Assembly (NCBI GenBank): GCA_002104905.1
Contig: MCFE01000380.1
Location: forward strand, 1 to 64,000
Reading direction: 5' to 3'
Origin: Basidiobolus meristosporus CBS 931.73
Lineage: Eukaryota; Fungi; Basidiobolomycota
DNA length: 64,000 nucleotides
Every line of letters starts with the position of its first letter. Position 1 is the stretch's first letter. Positions 23,829-36,618 of this stretch are shown here, in pieces. Both the position numbers and the translations under genes were made by a program. The notes beneath the pieces were generated by a model. That model had not been told where the DNA came from and did no database searches. It saw nothing but the letters and a program-made list of their open reading frames with translations.

Positions 23829-24794
23829 TTAACCGAAGATAGGGCAGTCAAAATAGGTTCCGGGATCATTGAAACGGATGCCCTTGTCCAATTTCTTGAT
23901 TTCATTCATATCCTCCTCGCTAAGTTTGAAGTCGAGATCAATGTTCTGCTCCAGACGTTCGTCGCTCACGGATTTTGGAATCACTGCTAGCTGACGCTCG
24001 TTGGCCCAGCGAAGGAGCACCTGAGCTGGAGTCTTGGAGTGTTTCTTAGCAATCTTGGTGATGATCTCGTGCTCCAACAAGCTAGGGATATCCTTGGCTC
24101 CATCAAATAAGGAGAGGTATGAGATGGATCCAAAGCTTGAGTAAGCGGTGATGGCAATCTCCTTTCTGTGGCAGAATTCTACCAGTACATCCTGGGCCAA
24201 ATAAGGGTGGATTTCTACTTGGTTGACAGCTGGCTTGATGCGAGCATATTTTAGGAGATCCATAAGCAGAGAACAGTTGAAATTAGCAACACCAATGTTC
24301 TTCACTAAACCGGCATCCACAAGCTCCTCCATGGCCTCCCAGGTTTCACGGATGCTGACATCGACGTAGGTTGGAAGCTTGTCGGTTTCGGGGTTGTAAA
24401 GCCACTCGGGTGGATAGCGAGTGTTGAAGTCAACATACTTCAAGGAAATAGGGAAGTGAATCAAGTAAAGGTCTAGGTACTCCAAGCCCAAATCCTTCAA
24501 GGTTCTCTCGAAAGCAGGGCGAACATGTTCTCTAGCATGGAATGTGTTCCATAGTTTGGAGGTGACGAAGATATCTTCGCGCTTCACCACGCCAGAGCCG
24601 ATAGCGGCTTTGATACCCTCTCCGACTTCAACCTCGTTGCCATAGTCACAAGCACAGTCAAGAAGACGATATCCCTTGCGAATAGACTTTTCAACAACTT
24701 CGGCGGTCTTGTCTTTGGGGATCTTCCAGGTGCCCAAGCCAACAAGTGGCATGGCTTGGTTGGTGGTTTTGAGGTTAACTGTAGCTTTAGTCAT
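23829..24794 (-). CDS. XYL1: Aldo-keto reductase, xylose/aldose reductase type, intronless
   Basis: MPLVGLGTWK, DCACDYGNE, TSKLWN, LIHFP, IPKS, RFNDP. Confidence 0.88.
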   Translation of the reverse strand: MTKATVNLKTTNQAMPLVGLGTWKIPKDKTAEVVEKSIRKGYRLLDCACDYGNEVEVGEGIKAAIGSGVVKREDIFVTSKLWNTFHAREHVRPAFERTLKDLGLEYLDLYLIHFPISLKYVDFNTRYPPEWLYNPETDKLPTYVDVSIRETWEAMEELVDAGLVKNIGVANFNCSLLMDLLKYARIKPAVNQVEIHPYLAQDVLVEFCHRKEIAITAYSSFGSISYLSLFDGAKDIPSLLEHEIITKIAKKHSKTPAQVLLRWANERQLAVIPKSVSDERLEQNIDLDFKLSEEDMNEIKKLDKGIRFNDPGTYFDCPIFG

Positions 24795-25319
24795 GGTGAA
24801 TGGAACCAGATAAAAGTCAACTTGATGTGATATTCTCGATTATATACGGAGAAAATAAGTTGAATCATGCCATATATGCTTAGCAAACGTCACCTGGGCA
24901 GGAACCAATAACATGGGTAAACCGAACAATCGTGATGGGGTTCCTTGGGAGCTTCAATGCACCAACTGGGTGGATTCTTGGTGCTGTAGCACAAGTTGAT
25001 CAAAATTTGACACGTTTGTATCGTCATTTCGCACTTAGGTAAGCGTTATGTATATATATATCATATTACGCAATGTTTACCTGGACAGACAAGATGCGTT
25101 TCTAAGATGTATTTAAGGCCTTAGAGCCGAGTGACTCCGATATGATGCTACCAGTGTCAAGTGAAAGTGAAAGGAAACATCGATTGTCATTTCTATTGAC
25201 CGGGTAATGTTTGAAAGTAAATGACAAATAAGCTAGTCTACTGAAACTAAATATCAATTCTATGCATTACAATAAAACGGAGTGAGTACAAGATAAATAC
25301 GAGGGGGATTAATGACACT

Positions 25320-27292
25320 TCAGTTGGCACCAAGCTTGGTAATGGTTTGGGCAAGAATCTCGGCACCCTTGTTGCCCTCGGCCCCGGCTTTCTTGATGTC
25401 CTTCACGCGCTTCTTGAGTGCAGACATGACCTTCTTTTGGCAAGCAGGTGACTCGAGCAGTGCGAGGACAACGAAAGAGCCGCCTGAGGTGCTGAAGTGA
25501 GCAATCTGTGATTGGACGGCATCGAGGATGGCTGGTCCGATGGTAGCTTCGCCATCAGTTTTGATCTCGCCAGATTTGCTCTTGTATTCCGATTGAATCA
25601 AGGTCTTGAGGGTACGGCTGGCGATGGTGTTCTCCAGAATGTGGTTCTCCTCGTCATCTTCGGCGATGAGGGTCTTCAAGGCATCGAAGAGAGCTGATTT
25701 GTCCCCAGCAGCGTTTCTGAATACCTCGAAGCAGACTTGACTGGGGAATGGCTCGCGGAGCATGGAGCCAAGGTTCTCGGAGACGTACTTCAAGAGGGCG
25801 GGGGAAATGGCGTTCAACAATTCCTTGGAACGAGCAGCGGGCTCCTTCTTACTGGTTGTGGCACGAACTTCATCGCCGGTTTGGAGAAGGGTGATGTTGT
25901 CGGGAGAGATGTACTTGGGAGATCTTCCGGCGAGAAGGTACAACACGACACGACGACCGTACTTGTCATTGACAATCTCGTCCAGGGTGTTGCAGATTTC
26001 ACTAATGATGTTCTTGTTGACAAGAACGGTATCATCGACCACATCAAACAATCTAAGAAGGACCATGTGGCCGTATTCCTCTTGGCAAATCTTCTGTACG
26101 AAAGGCTTGAATGACTTCACGATGACTTTACGATCCTTGGGGGTGGCGTAAAGGAGGCAGAGCATGGCAACTTGAGCACCATCCTTGGTGTGAAGAATCT
26201 CAGCAACCTGTTCCTTGATGATGGCGATCATCTCTTGGACGCCATTGGCATCGGTGTGTGTGAGATACTCGTACATGGCGCGGTGAACAATACTGTGATT
26301 GATGGTTCCCTTGTCCAAAATGGCCGAGATGGTTTCATTCAAATGCTTCAAAATAGACTCCTTCTTCTCTGGCTTCTCCTTGAGGATGTCGTCCAACGAT
26401 TTCTTATCGGCAGATTTGAACAGGGCAAACTCGGGTCCGTAGAACTCCTCAACCAAGGCGTGGCGCTGGGCAGAGTTGGCGAATTGTCCAAAAGCCTCTT
26501 CGATAATCTCCGAGGCCTCCTTGTGTCTAATCAGCTTGCGTACTTTTCCGTAGAACTCCTTGATCACATGCTCACGATACTTGGGACAGTAGTGCAAAAT
26601 CTTGATGACAATGAACTTTCCGTACATGCTCTTGGACAATTCCAAGTATCTGCCCTTCAGCTCGCTGGCGATTTGATTACGATGCTCAGGATTGCCATAC
26701 TTCAAGCATGTTTGGATGACTCGAGAGGCGTCATGTTTGAAAATCACCTGTTGACGACACAGATTAACCCTGTAAACATGCCATTGCTCATTTGGAAGTA
26801 ACATACCTCAACGACACGACCCTTGACCAAGGCCATCAAATCCGAAATAAGTTTTTCTCTCTCGGGCTTGGGAACATCCTTACGGCGCATCTTTTCCCAA
26901 ATCTTCTTGGCTTGTGACAAAATTTCGAAATGAGGCTTTTGCGCTTTACGCTCCAACTTTAAGGTCTTCTGTTTCTCGTGTGCCTCCTTAGAGTTTTGGC
27001 TGTTGGCAGGCTGCTGGTTGAGTTTAGCTTGTGGCTCGGTCTGCTCATCGGCCTCTTGAGCTTCTTCGATCTCCTCTCCATCGAACATGTCCTCATCCGA
27101 ATCCTCCACTTCCTCAGTAGTCTCCTTGGTCACTGCCTTTTTCTTTTTGGGTTTGACTTCAGGTTCGTGTTGGGCAGCAGGCTTGACCTTCTTGGTAGCG
27201 CTCTTGCTTTTGGCATCTTTCACCTGCTTGGGTACTTTACCTTCTCCCTCATTCGAGGCCTTGCGCTTTTTTTGGATTTGGTTCCCGGCCAT
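25320..27292 (-). CDS. PUF6: Pumilio-repeat/CPL nucleolar protein, 2 exons
   Basis: KLERKAQKP, IFKHDASRVIQTCLKYG, LHTKDGA, KDRKVIVK; intron 26748-26806. Confidence 0.92.
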
Positions 27293-27616
27293 GATCACTT
27301 TGTGTGGTTAGGTTGTGCTGAGAACTGAATGGATTTCGAAAATTGCTGGTTTGCCGCCGATAAAATGAACTCCAGTCTAACTAAGCGTTTTTTTTCTTTT
27401 TTTTTCAATTGGAATATAGGAAAAAAAAGGCGTGGATCTGTGAACTGGCATAGAATTCGGGACTTGGTTTAACTGCACCAGATGTTGTTTAACCGAAATC
27501 ATCCACACGATGCATTGGATTGGAATTGAAATCCTCGATCAAAAAACTTTTACTGTTCTGGAGATGTGCAGTTTATCTAGACTAGAGGGCCATTTGTATC
27601 TTTCACTCCAGCTATA

Positions 27617-28060
27617 ATGTCCGCAAAGAAGCCGGCCGCCACCGCCTTTCTGAGAATCCTTGTTCCAGCCGGTAAGGCATCCCCTTCCCCACCCGTTGGT
27701 CCTGCTCTTGGTCAGAGAGGTATCAAGTCCATGGATTTTTGTAAACAATTCAACGACCGTACCAAGGACATCGAGCCTGGTACTCCCATTCCCACCGTCA
27801 TCACCGTGAAGCCCGACCGTACCTTCAGCTTCGTCACCAAGAGCCCACCAACCTCTTGGTTGCTCAAGCGTGCCGCCGGTGTGGAGAAGGGTAGCTCTCA
27901 ACCTGGTGTTCAGATAGTTGGTAAAATCTCTCTCAAGCACGTCTACGAAATCGCGCTACGCAAGCAAAACGACGCCAACTTGGCCCACCAGGAGTTGAAG
28001 AATATTTGCGGCTCTATCGTCGGTAGCGCCAGGTCTGTTGGCATCGAGGTTGTTCCTTAG
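27617..28060 (+). CDS. MRPL19: Mitochondrial ribosomal protein uL11m
   Basis: VPAGKASPSPPVGPALGQRGIKSMDFCKQFN, KSPPTSWLL, GSARSVGIEV. Confidence 0.95.
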   Translation: MSAKKPAATAFLRILVPAGKASPSPPVGPALGQRGIKSMDFCKQFNDRTKDIEPGTPIPTVITVKPDRTFSFVTKSPPTSWLLKRAAGVEKGSSQPGVQIVGKISLKHVYEIALRKQNDANLAHQELKNICGSIVGSARSVGIEVVP

Positions 28061-28398
28061 ATTCGTGTACACACCCAACCTCCTAGATACACTTGGCTAT
28101 CTTCGGGTTTCCATACTTCTAGATACTTTCCATCTGCATTCCACTATTTCGCACTCTCTTCCCACTCTACCCCAAGATCACTCAAATAAACCGTTCAATT
28201 ATGATGGTGTGATGGTCACATGGATGCTTTACTAAACTGCTCAGCAAGACGCTCGAAATACTTTGATAAAATGGACGGGAAGAACATTGGATTAACCGAC
28301 GGAATCAAATGAAATTGTACAAAGTGGAGCCAAGTTATAAAGCTTGCAACTATAGGTTGGTAAATCAACTCATTCTACGTAGATGGGGCTCGCGCACT

Positions 28399-31186
28399 CT
28401 ACTTCTCCAGCTGAGCGATCTGTTCTAGAAGAGACTTGGATTGTGAAACGAAGTCTAAGGGTGTCGCCTGTAGCACGCTATAACGGACTTTTGAGGTATC
28501 CTGTGGACTTGACGTGTTAGCGGCGAGTTAATGATGTGGAGATATGTGGATCCTACTTACGTTGAATACTTCTTGCTTGGCACGGCACTTGAACATGTAC
28601 TGTTGGAAGTTGGCTTGCTGAAACACAGCGGAGAAAGCGGCAGGGTTGATGTCCTATGGAGATTTGGTTAGTCAGACTCGCCTCTCTTTCCGGAATTCCT
28701 GACATACCTTGAGTTGCATCAGCTCGCCAGCAGTTTTTCCCAAGACTTGGACACCGATATCATTGAAACATTGCAACCAGACCTGGCCGGTGTGATCGCT
28801 AACATTGATGGCCATGATATATCTGATGGGGGAGTTTAGAGAAAAGAACACGCATGGGATTCTATGAGGGTCAAGTTACCTATACTCAGGGGCGTCATAG
28901 CTGCGGTTGCACTTTTCACATCTCCAGCCTCCCGCGTCTTCAGTCACCTTCTTGTTGCACGAGTCGCTAGGGCAGGCTGGGTAGGCAAGGTTCTCCTGCT
29001 TCAAAAACACGACGGTGCCCTTCGCGAGGAAATAGTCCGGCTATATGATTCCAAACGTTAGTTTGTGTCCACCGATAGCTTTGCATGACCAATCAATGAC
29101 CTTGTCACCCATTCCGAGGTTCTCATCCTTGACCTGGCCGAAATTCTTCAGCTCGTCTTTCTTGGCGGTGATTGGGGCTCCGTTGCCTCCCATCGAATTC
29201 GAGTAGCCGTGGAATTGGGCAGAGTGGCCCATCGAGTCATACCTAGGCAAAGGCAAGGTGAGAACGGGATTCGTAATGGTGCAGCGAAAGCGTATACTTA
29301 CCAGCCACGAAGGCGATGGGCCTCCGGAATATCTGGATCAATCATCATTGAGCTAGAGCTGTACATGGAGAGGGAACGTCCTGGATAGAGCCGAGGCGTT
29401 AATGTTGAGGTATATCATGTATCAGCACAAGGAACATACCGTTGAAATCACTGACACGAACCCCTTTGAACGCAATAATGGGAGTGGAGGAAGCGTCGAA
29501 CGATTCGGCTTGTTTACCCCAGAGTGTAAGACGAACCGAGAATTCCGATGTATCGACAAGGGTCAGGTCCCGCTTCGATACAGGCTTCTGTGTTGCTTTC
29601 GAGAGAATCTGAGACAGCTCCTGAGCCTCTCTTACAACTCCAATGACATCTATTCGGTCACGCTGTTAGCACTAGGTTCCATGCTTCCTTATGAACATCC
29701 ACATACCAATGGTGCTATCCTTGGCTACGTCATTCAACTTGCTCAATTCAACAAAATTGTACCGGACTTTGGGTACATCTACGGTATCTACGCACTATAG
29801 GAGAGGATTAGTATCGTAGACTGGTCGGATAAACAAGGATTTTCGCTTACGAGGGAAACTTCGGTTCCATGGTCGAGGGATAGCTCGTATTCGTTCTGGA
29901 TGGAGGAGAATTGTGGCTTGGCCATGGTCACTTTGGCCTTGGAGATGTAATAAACCTGCGTCGACCGATGGTTAGATGCTACGTGGAGATTGGGAGTTGC
30001 TCATCGGATGTATATATACCTTGTTTTCCTCGAATAGGCTGTAGAATTGATCCACCTGGTCGTTAAAGGCAGTCGCCTTAATCTCACCCTAACGCACCAA
30101 AATTGAGTCGATTGTAAGCATGGGGAGTTCGGTTGGCTGGACTTACACTCTCGTCTAGCAAGTTGACACTAAAGAGTTTTCCTTCACCACGGGCATTGTG
30201 CCAGTGTCTGATGTCGGATTTCGACGTTACTCGGACTCGAATAGTCCATCTGCATGTATGTTAAACAAGAATACCTCGGCATTAATAGTCAATCTTGCTC
30301 TTACTTATTTTGATAGGGGCTGAGCCCTTTGATGGGGTAAATAGCCCCGGCTGGCTCTCCAATAGAACGGGGTGGCATATTTGATGTTTGGCTGTTGCGG
30401 TCGATGTTAGATGAGGGGTTCAGCTACAAGTTCAACTCCAACCATTAGTTACTTATTAGGGGCCTTGTTAGGAACACCAGGGGGCTTGTTTCCATTAAAT
30501 GGGTGGCTTTGACCCATATTATTCTGACCGTAACCAAAATTCTGAGGCTGTTGCTGCTGTTGTGGTTGCTGAGGATAAGGTTGGTTTGGTGTAGGGTTGA
30601 CAGGGCTGGGTCGCTGTTGTGGAGAGTCCTGGTTTGATCCTCCAGTTTGAGCAGGAGCCGGTTCCATAGAGACGGGGTCACCAATCTTTTCCTCGGGTGT
30701 TCCTAGAGCCTCGACGTTCAGAACAATCACTATTCTATCAGGGGGTAAGTACGCAAAATTCAACAAATTCACAAGCTGATAAGCAAGTACCTTCTGTTTT
30801 GCACCGAGTTACAAATGTACTGCACCAGTTTGATCACAGTGTATTTAGTGATCGCGCCGTTATTGATTAGCTCGTTCATTTGGGTACCAAGCATAGCTAC
30901 GAAGCGAAAAGTCAGCAACGGTGGAAAAAGGAAAGAACGGAAGATAAAGGTCACCTTGCATAAAGTGAGTTCCATCGGAAATGACAAGTCTGGTGAGGTT
31001 TGATTAGAAAGGGCGCGCGAGAGTGAGCTTAATGCAACATAGGTACCGAAAACGCTCGGGCGTCGAAGGATTCTGGGAGGTTAACTTTTTGATGTTGATG
31101 ATCTGTAAGACAGGATTTGCAGAAGCAGGCGAATCCTTGTTGTCTTCATAGATCGCCTTAATCGCGCCTTGTGTTAGCTGGTTCAT
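28399..31186 (-). CDS. RFA1: Replication protein A 70-kDa subunit, multi-exon
   Basis: [23 protein letters not shown]-fold segments, zinc-ribbon CSLWLKCNITNP region, [13 protein letters not shown]; stop at 28399-28401. Confidence 0.92.
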
Positions 31187-31620
31187 GGTATGCACTACGT
31201 TTATCTTCAACAAACAAACTAAAGAGACTTGTGATAGTGATAACGTCCAATCAGTCTAAAATGGCCGTTACTCCTATTGCCAATAATATTATTTGTTTTG
31301 TTTTCATTCCCTGCGGCACAATTTTTTCTAGTAGTGGCTTATCCATTGGAGTGCAACATTGTTGATGACATTCAGCTGCGAACTAATCGAATATGATTAT
31401 GTTCCATGAGAAATTAAACCAAATACCCAGGTGCACCAAATTCAACAAGGAGCGGGGTCTGCAATTGTATTGATTATGTCTAATGACCATTGTGTGGTAT
31501 TCTCCATTCACATAGAATAACAATGATTTCTTTTTTGGTGAATAAACTTCCGAATATGTTGATTAGTGTAGACCAAAACTTGCACGGGGAAAGGACTTCT
31601 CCGTCTTCTGTCAACCCAGG

Positions 31621-33019
31621 ATGAAGTCTACCTCTAGTCTCGTCGACCCAAAAGACTCGGGCTTCGAAGGGCGAAACAGGATTTTTCTTTGGGGAAATAT
31701 TGTCACCTGTGGTGATTTTTGGGCTTTCGGAGTAACCCTTCTGTTAATTCATGTTCCTGTAGTACTATTCGGTGTATTTGTGTAAGCTCTTGACCGTCAT
31801 GGAAACTCTCGAATGCAACTTGAATTCGATTTCTAGGCTTGAATACTGAAGCTAACGGTTTATATAGTTGTCCTTTTGTATATAGTAACATTAGTCCCGC
31901 CGCGGTGTTCGTCTTCGCCTACATTTATCTTGTATCTATGGCCTCGTTATTAAAAACCTCTTGGACCGACCCAGGGGTACGTACCTTAAGACCCCCACCT
32001 TCACAAGCTTTGGTTGCGAATCTTCTTTTTTGCCTTCAATTCTAGATACTTCCTCGGAATTTAGACCCAATCCAGTCTTTGGAAACCTTTGGAGAACCCA
32101 CCAACTCTGTAGACAGAGTGGAACAGCCCCGTTTCTCCGCAGCATACCCTGGACTCAAGGATGTTGTGATAAACGGAGTCACAGTCAAGTTGAAGTTCTG
32201 TGATACTTGTCAACTGTATCGTCCACCGCGGTGTAGTCACTGTAGACAATGCGACAATTGCGTGGGTTAGTAAACTAAAGAGTAAACGATAATAGCTACA
32301 ACTGACAACTTCCGCTAGAACACGAGGATCATCACTGCATTTGGGTCAACAACTGCGTCGGCCGACGCAACTATCGCTACTTCTTCACGTTTATATCGAG
32401 CATATCGATTATGTGCTTCTACGTACTAGGGTTTAGTATAGCTCATCTAGTTCTTTATTGGAGAATGCAAGTGAATGAAAGCGCAACCGGCGAGTATCCG
32501 TTTCAAGAAGTACTAGCCACCAAATTTGTCAGATATCCTTTTTTTCCGTAGACTAGCGATTGAGCGTCCTTCCATTCACGTATATGCATCATCCTTAACT
32601 AGCTTACTCTTATCCTGGCGATTTTTACGTTTGTCTTTGGGCTCTCCATCTTCGCCTTAACGGCGTATCATTTTTATCTAATATCGAAAAATATGACCAC
32701 ATACGAGCAGGTATATGGCCCCTTTCCCTTTCCCGGCCCATCTGATTGCTAACAGTTTCAACGCTAGCTACGGTCATCTGTCAACATCCAAGAAGCGTCG
32801 CACTCTTTCAGCTTGGGAAACATCCTTACGAACATATGCCGATTTGTCGCCCGCCCGAGCCCACCTAGGTAAATCATCACATGATAAGCTTCACAAGTAG
32901 AGTCGTTAATAACAATCCACCGGACCATCCACCCCAGCTACATCGATTGGCACAAGGTATTCCAAGAAAGGCAGTCCAACAGCCGTCCATCCACCTCGCG
33001 TGTTAGCCCAATTGTATGA
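31621..33019 (+). CDS. ERF2: DHHC palmitoyltransferase (Erf2/ZDHHC9 group), multi-exon
   Basis: [60 protein letters not shown]; start codon assignment less certain. Confidence 0.92.
32533..32607 (+). other. U12-type (minor spliceosome) AT-AC intron in ERF2, 75 nt
   Basis: 5' site ATATCCTTTT at 32533, branch TCCTTAAC at 32592-32599, 3' AC at 32606-32607; removal restores [26 protein letters not shown], retention gives a stop. Confidence 0.88.
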
Positions 33020-33176
33020 ACCCATAGAACCCCATTGATAATAGACTTGGTTAGCCGATTAATTTGCAAAAGATGTGGAATAAAAGATATTTAATTATGA
33101 GTCGACTATGGTTCGCGTTGAATATACTTTACAACGACCATTCATCATGGTGAAATGAAAATGGCAATCTTATGAT

Positions 33177-34890
33177 CTATTTCTTGGATTTGCTCTTGGA
33201 AGAAGTCACCTTCTCTTTTCTCTTCTTCACCGCCTTGGGGATCTTTGTTTTCCTTTTCTCGCGAGCCTGCTCCTTGGCTGCTTTTTTGCGTTCCTAGCAG
33301 TAAAGACGGTTGGTGTTAGGGGTGGGTTCGTGAGGGGCAGACGAGAGTCGTATATCACAAACCTTCTTCTCGTCTTTGTCTTCGAATCGCTTGCCACGGG
33401 GCTGATGATACTCTATTTCCCGCTCTTCGTCCTCGTCCTCGTCGTCCTCATCATCCTCATCCCCATCCTCATCTTCGTCACTGTCCATTTCGCTATCCTC
33501 GCTATCGCCATCGCTTTCTTCACTTTCGCTGGCGTTGACAAGATCCTCGTTGTCGAAATCCTTCAGACTAAGACCCGTGAGTTTTTGGTAGATGAGCTAA
33601 GGACGCAACATTAGACAAAAAAAACAAAGGGGAAACAAATGAGGAATGTCGTACCGCATCGCCTTCACCCTTTTGAATCTTTTCAACATCACGCTCGATA
33701 TCAAACACCTCGTCCAGATTACGGGGAATGTAGATTTGCTTGAACACTTCCTCGTCGATATCGAACTTATTCATGACCTCTGAGTCATCATGTCTTTCGG
33801 TGACCATCTTCTGAATCTGGATTGCGGTGTGAGTATACAGCAGAGGGAAACAGTGGAAAAGCCGTAAAAAACCTTATCCAATTCGGCCTCGATTTCCTCC
33901 TCGGAGGATCCGATGTTGACGTCGGTGATGAAGTCGAACAGCTCACGAACGCTCATAACCGAGATCCCTCTCTTGCGGAAATAGTCCGTAACATTGGTAC
34001 AGTCCATTCTCAAGAACTCCAAAGCGTGTGGATGGTCGTGCTCCACCGACTGGGAAACGTCGATGATATATAGTGTGCTCTTGTGATACCTAGAATTCCG
34101 GTTAGCGACATCCGAGAGAGCGCTTGGTCCAGCAGTTGAACTTCTTACAAGATGTTATATTCGCTTAAATCACCGTGAACCAGGTGACACACTTGATAAA
34201 GCTTGCGCATGTCCTTAACCAACTGGTAGTAGAGCTGGGGATATTTCTCATCACTAACGACGGCATCCTTCAGACGAGGGTAGGCCCTATAATACGGCTT
34301 AGCTCACATACATCAATAATGGTTATTCTGCGCGATCATACCGGCCGTTCTTATCACCCAAAAATCCCATGACCAGCACATGCATCTTTAGCAGGATGGG
34401 TTCGGGACAAGGAATGCCAGCAGAATAAAGTCTTTTGAGATTACGCATCTCCTTTTCGGCCCAGACTTTCACCATCTTACGGGGATTGTGTTTGCTGTAA
34501 CCGTGTCTGAAACGGAACTCTCCAGTGACATATCTGTCACGATCCTTGAAGGTCAAGATGGATGTCTTGTAGATCTTGACCGCTCTGTTCTCCCCATTAT
34601 CCGTGACCGCGTGATACACGTTGGCCTGAAAATCAAATCACAAAGTCAATTTGGGTACTTTGAAAAGAAGGTGGCCTAAGTTACTTCTTTTCCGGTACTG
34701 ATGCAACCGTGAATCTCGTAAAACACTCCGCTGTTGAGAAGTTTGAAAAGAATGATACGTGTACGGCGGTCGAGCACTTGCTCGTTGGTGGCGCGATCCG
34801 CCTTGTCCGTGCGACGGAATTTGTCCTGCTCTATGCCCTCCATCTGTTTCAGAAAATACGTTGGTGTGTCGACGATGACACCTTAACCAT
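33177..34890 (-). CDS. RIO1: Atypical kinase Rio1, multi-exon
   Basis: [69 protein letters not shown]; exact first exon uncertain. Confidence 0.92.
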
Positions 34891-35143
34891 GGTGCGGAAA
34901 AGAAAAAAAAGAAAAAAGAAATCTACCACTTGATTAGCTGGTGGATCTGAATTCGATTCGTATTGTGTCGGTTTATTGCAACAAGTAAAATAATATATAG
35001 CAGAAATTTACGATCCTCCCCCCTCAACTGGGATTGAGGGAAATAGGTACAAATGAATATACATAGCTATCCTGACAAATCATAATGTTCTATGGACAAT
35101 TGATCACTCTATCTGTTGCAATGTACACTGTCATTCGGCTGGT

Positions 35144-36618
35144 TCAAAAACTGTTGCTACGAGACCAGCTGATAGACTTATTCTTGAGCTTTTGACTAAA
35201 TGACTTGGTGAACTTGGCCATTTGCGCTTTACATTCGGTTTTGTGACATTCGTCGTCCATTTCCACGTAGTTTTGAGGCACGCAATGAGGCTTCCCAACG
35301 GTGTGCGCAAAGAAACCTCTATAGCCTCCCTCCAGTACATACAACTCGGGATAGCTTAAATGAGGGTAGTTGACAGCATTCAATTCACGATCTAAGCTGC
35401 GCAAATGATGAGCCCTGAGACGAGATGAATGATTAGCTGGTGAATCGAAGGATTATGTAATCATAGTGACAATACTTACATTCTGGGTGCTCTATGAGAG
35501 GAATATTCACAATGGAAAACGATGATGGTTCGTTCATTGCTTGCGACCTGGGTATTCTCACGGAAGAAAGTCTCCAATGATTCTTTGGTATTCACATTGA
35601 TAGCATCCTGTATATGACCCCCCTCATATTCGTAAGGGAAGCGACAGTCGACGACAACGAGCTTGTCGAAGGAGCTGTTGTATTTACCGCCCAACACTTC
35701 ACAAAGCTAAATGTCAAGTCAATTTTCCGTCCGTTGCTGATGCCAGAATTGGTAGCCACTTACTGTATCAGGAGTGATTCGTTTCAAGGTATCCTTCTTG
35801 GTGGTATGGCAGGGAAGGATGTGGGATTCACCGTGGACGTCATCGGCCTGGAACTTGGGTGAGCCTCCATAGATAAACTCCTCTTCCAACTCGTACATGC
35901 TATGCATCTTGCGGAGCTTGGGAGGTGGGTGAGCAGCTCTGATGTTGCTCACTTGGCGAACAGGGGATAGGATTTCCTCCTCGATCATTTGGAAAGAGCT
36001 GGATCTCTTCAATTGGAAATCACAAGGCAAGCCAAACTTGGGCGATGCTTTGGGTGGGCATCTGGGAGGAGCATTAGCAACGTGCGAGGGAAGAGCACAA
36101 TGATGGGTTGATTTACCTTGCAAGTGGACTGCAAAACAGGCTCGACATACTGGGTGGTGGCATGTTCATGATCGGGCTAGCCAGCTCCATTCCTGATGAC
36201 TTGCATTTGAATATGTCATCATCATCCATGAACCCATTATTTACACTGCCCGAGACTGGGGTCTCACTTGATCTCAACGAGTCCAATAAGCAACGTCTAG
36301 GGGTTTTTGTTATGGGACTATTCAATGGGCAAGCAGTATTAATTCACTAGCTCATGTAAACACTTTTGGTGAGAAAAGTAATCACCTCGCCTGCAGAACA
36401 AGGTTGGCATTCAGGTCAACCGCTAACGACGAGGGTGATGGGACATGGAAATTTCTGATGAATGGAGAACGACGACAAGCCGAGTCAGGAGACAGAAGTC
36501 TTTTGCGTGGCAAATTGCAGGGTGAGGCAATACAGACAGGTGAACTGATAGCTAATGTAAAGTCATGTTTAGTTACGGCTGGCGCGACGCAGTTCAGAAA
36601 CAGATCTATACCAGGCAT
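35144..36618 (-). CDS. CDC25: M-phase inducer phosphatase (rhodanese fold), multi-exon
   Basis: VVDCRFPYEYEGGHI, catalytic HCEYSSHRAP, YPHLSYPELYVLEGGY. Confidence 0.9.

Noticed and set aside
32494-32503. Second U12-like donor GTATCCGTTT upstream of the AT-AC intron
   Set aside because: It encodes EYPF within the exon, mismatches the consensus at +7, and would be in frame only as an unusual GT-AC pair.
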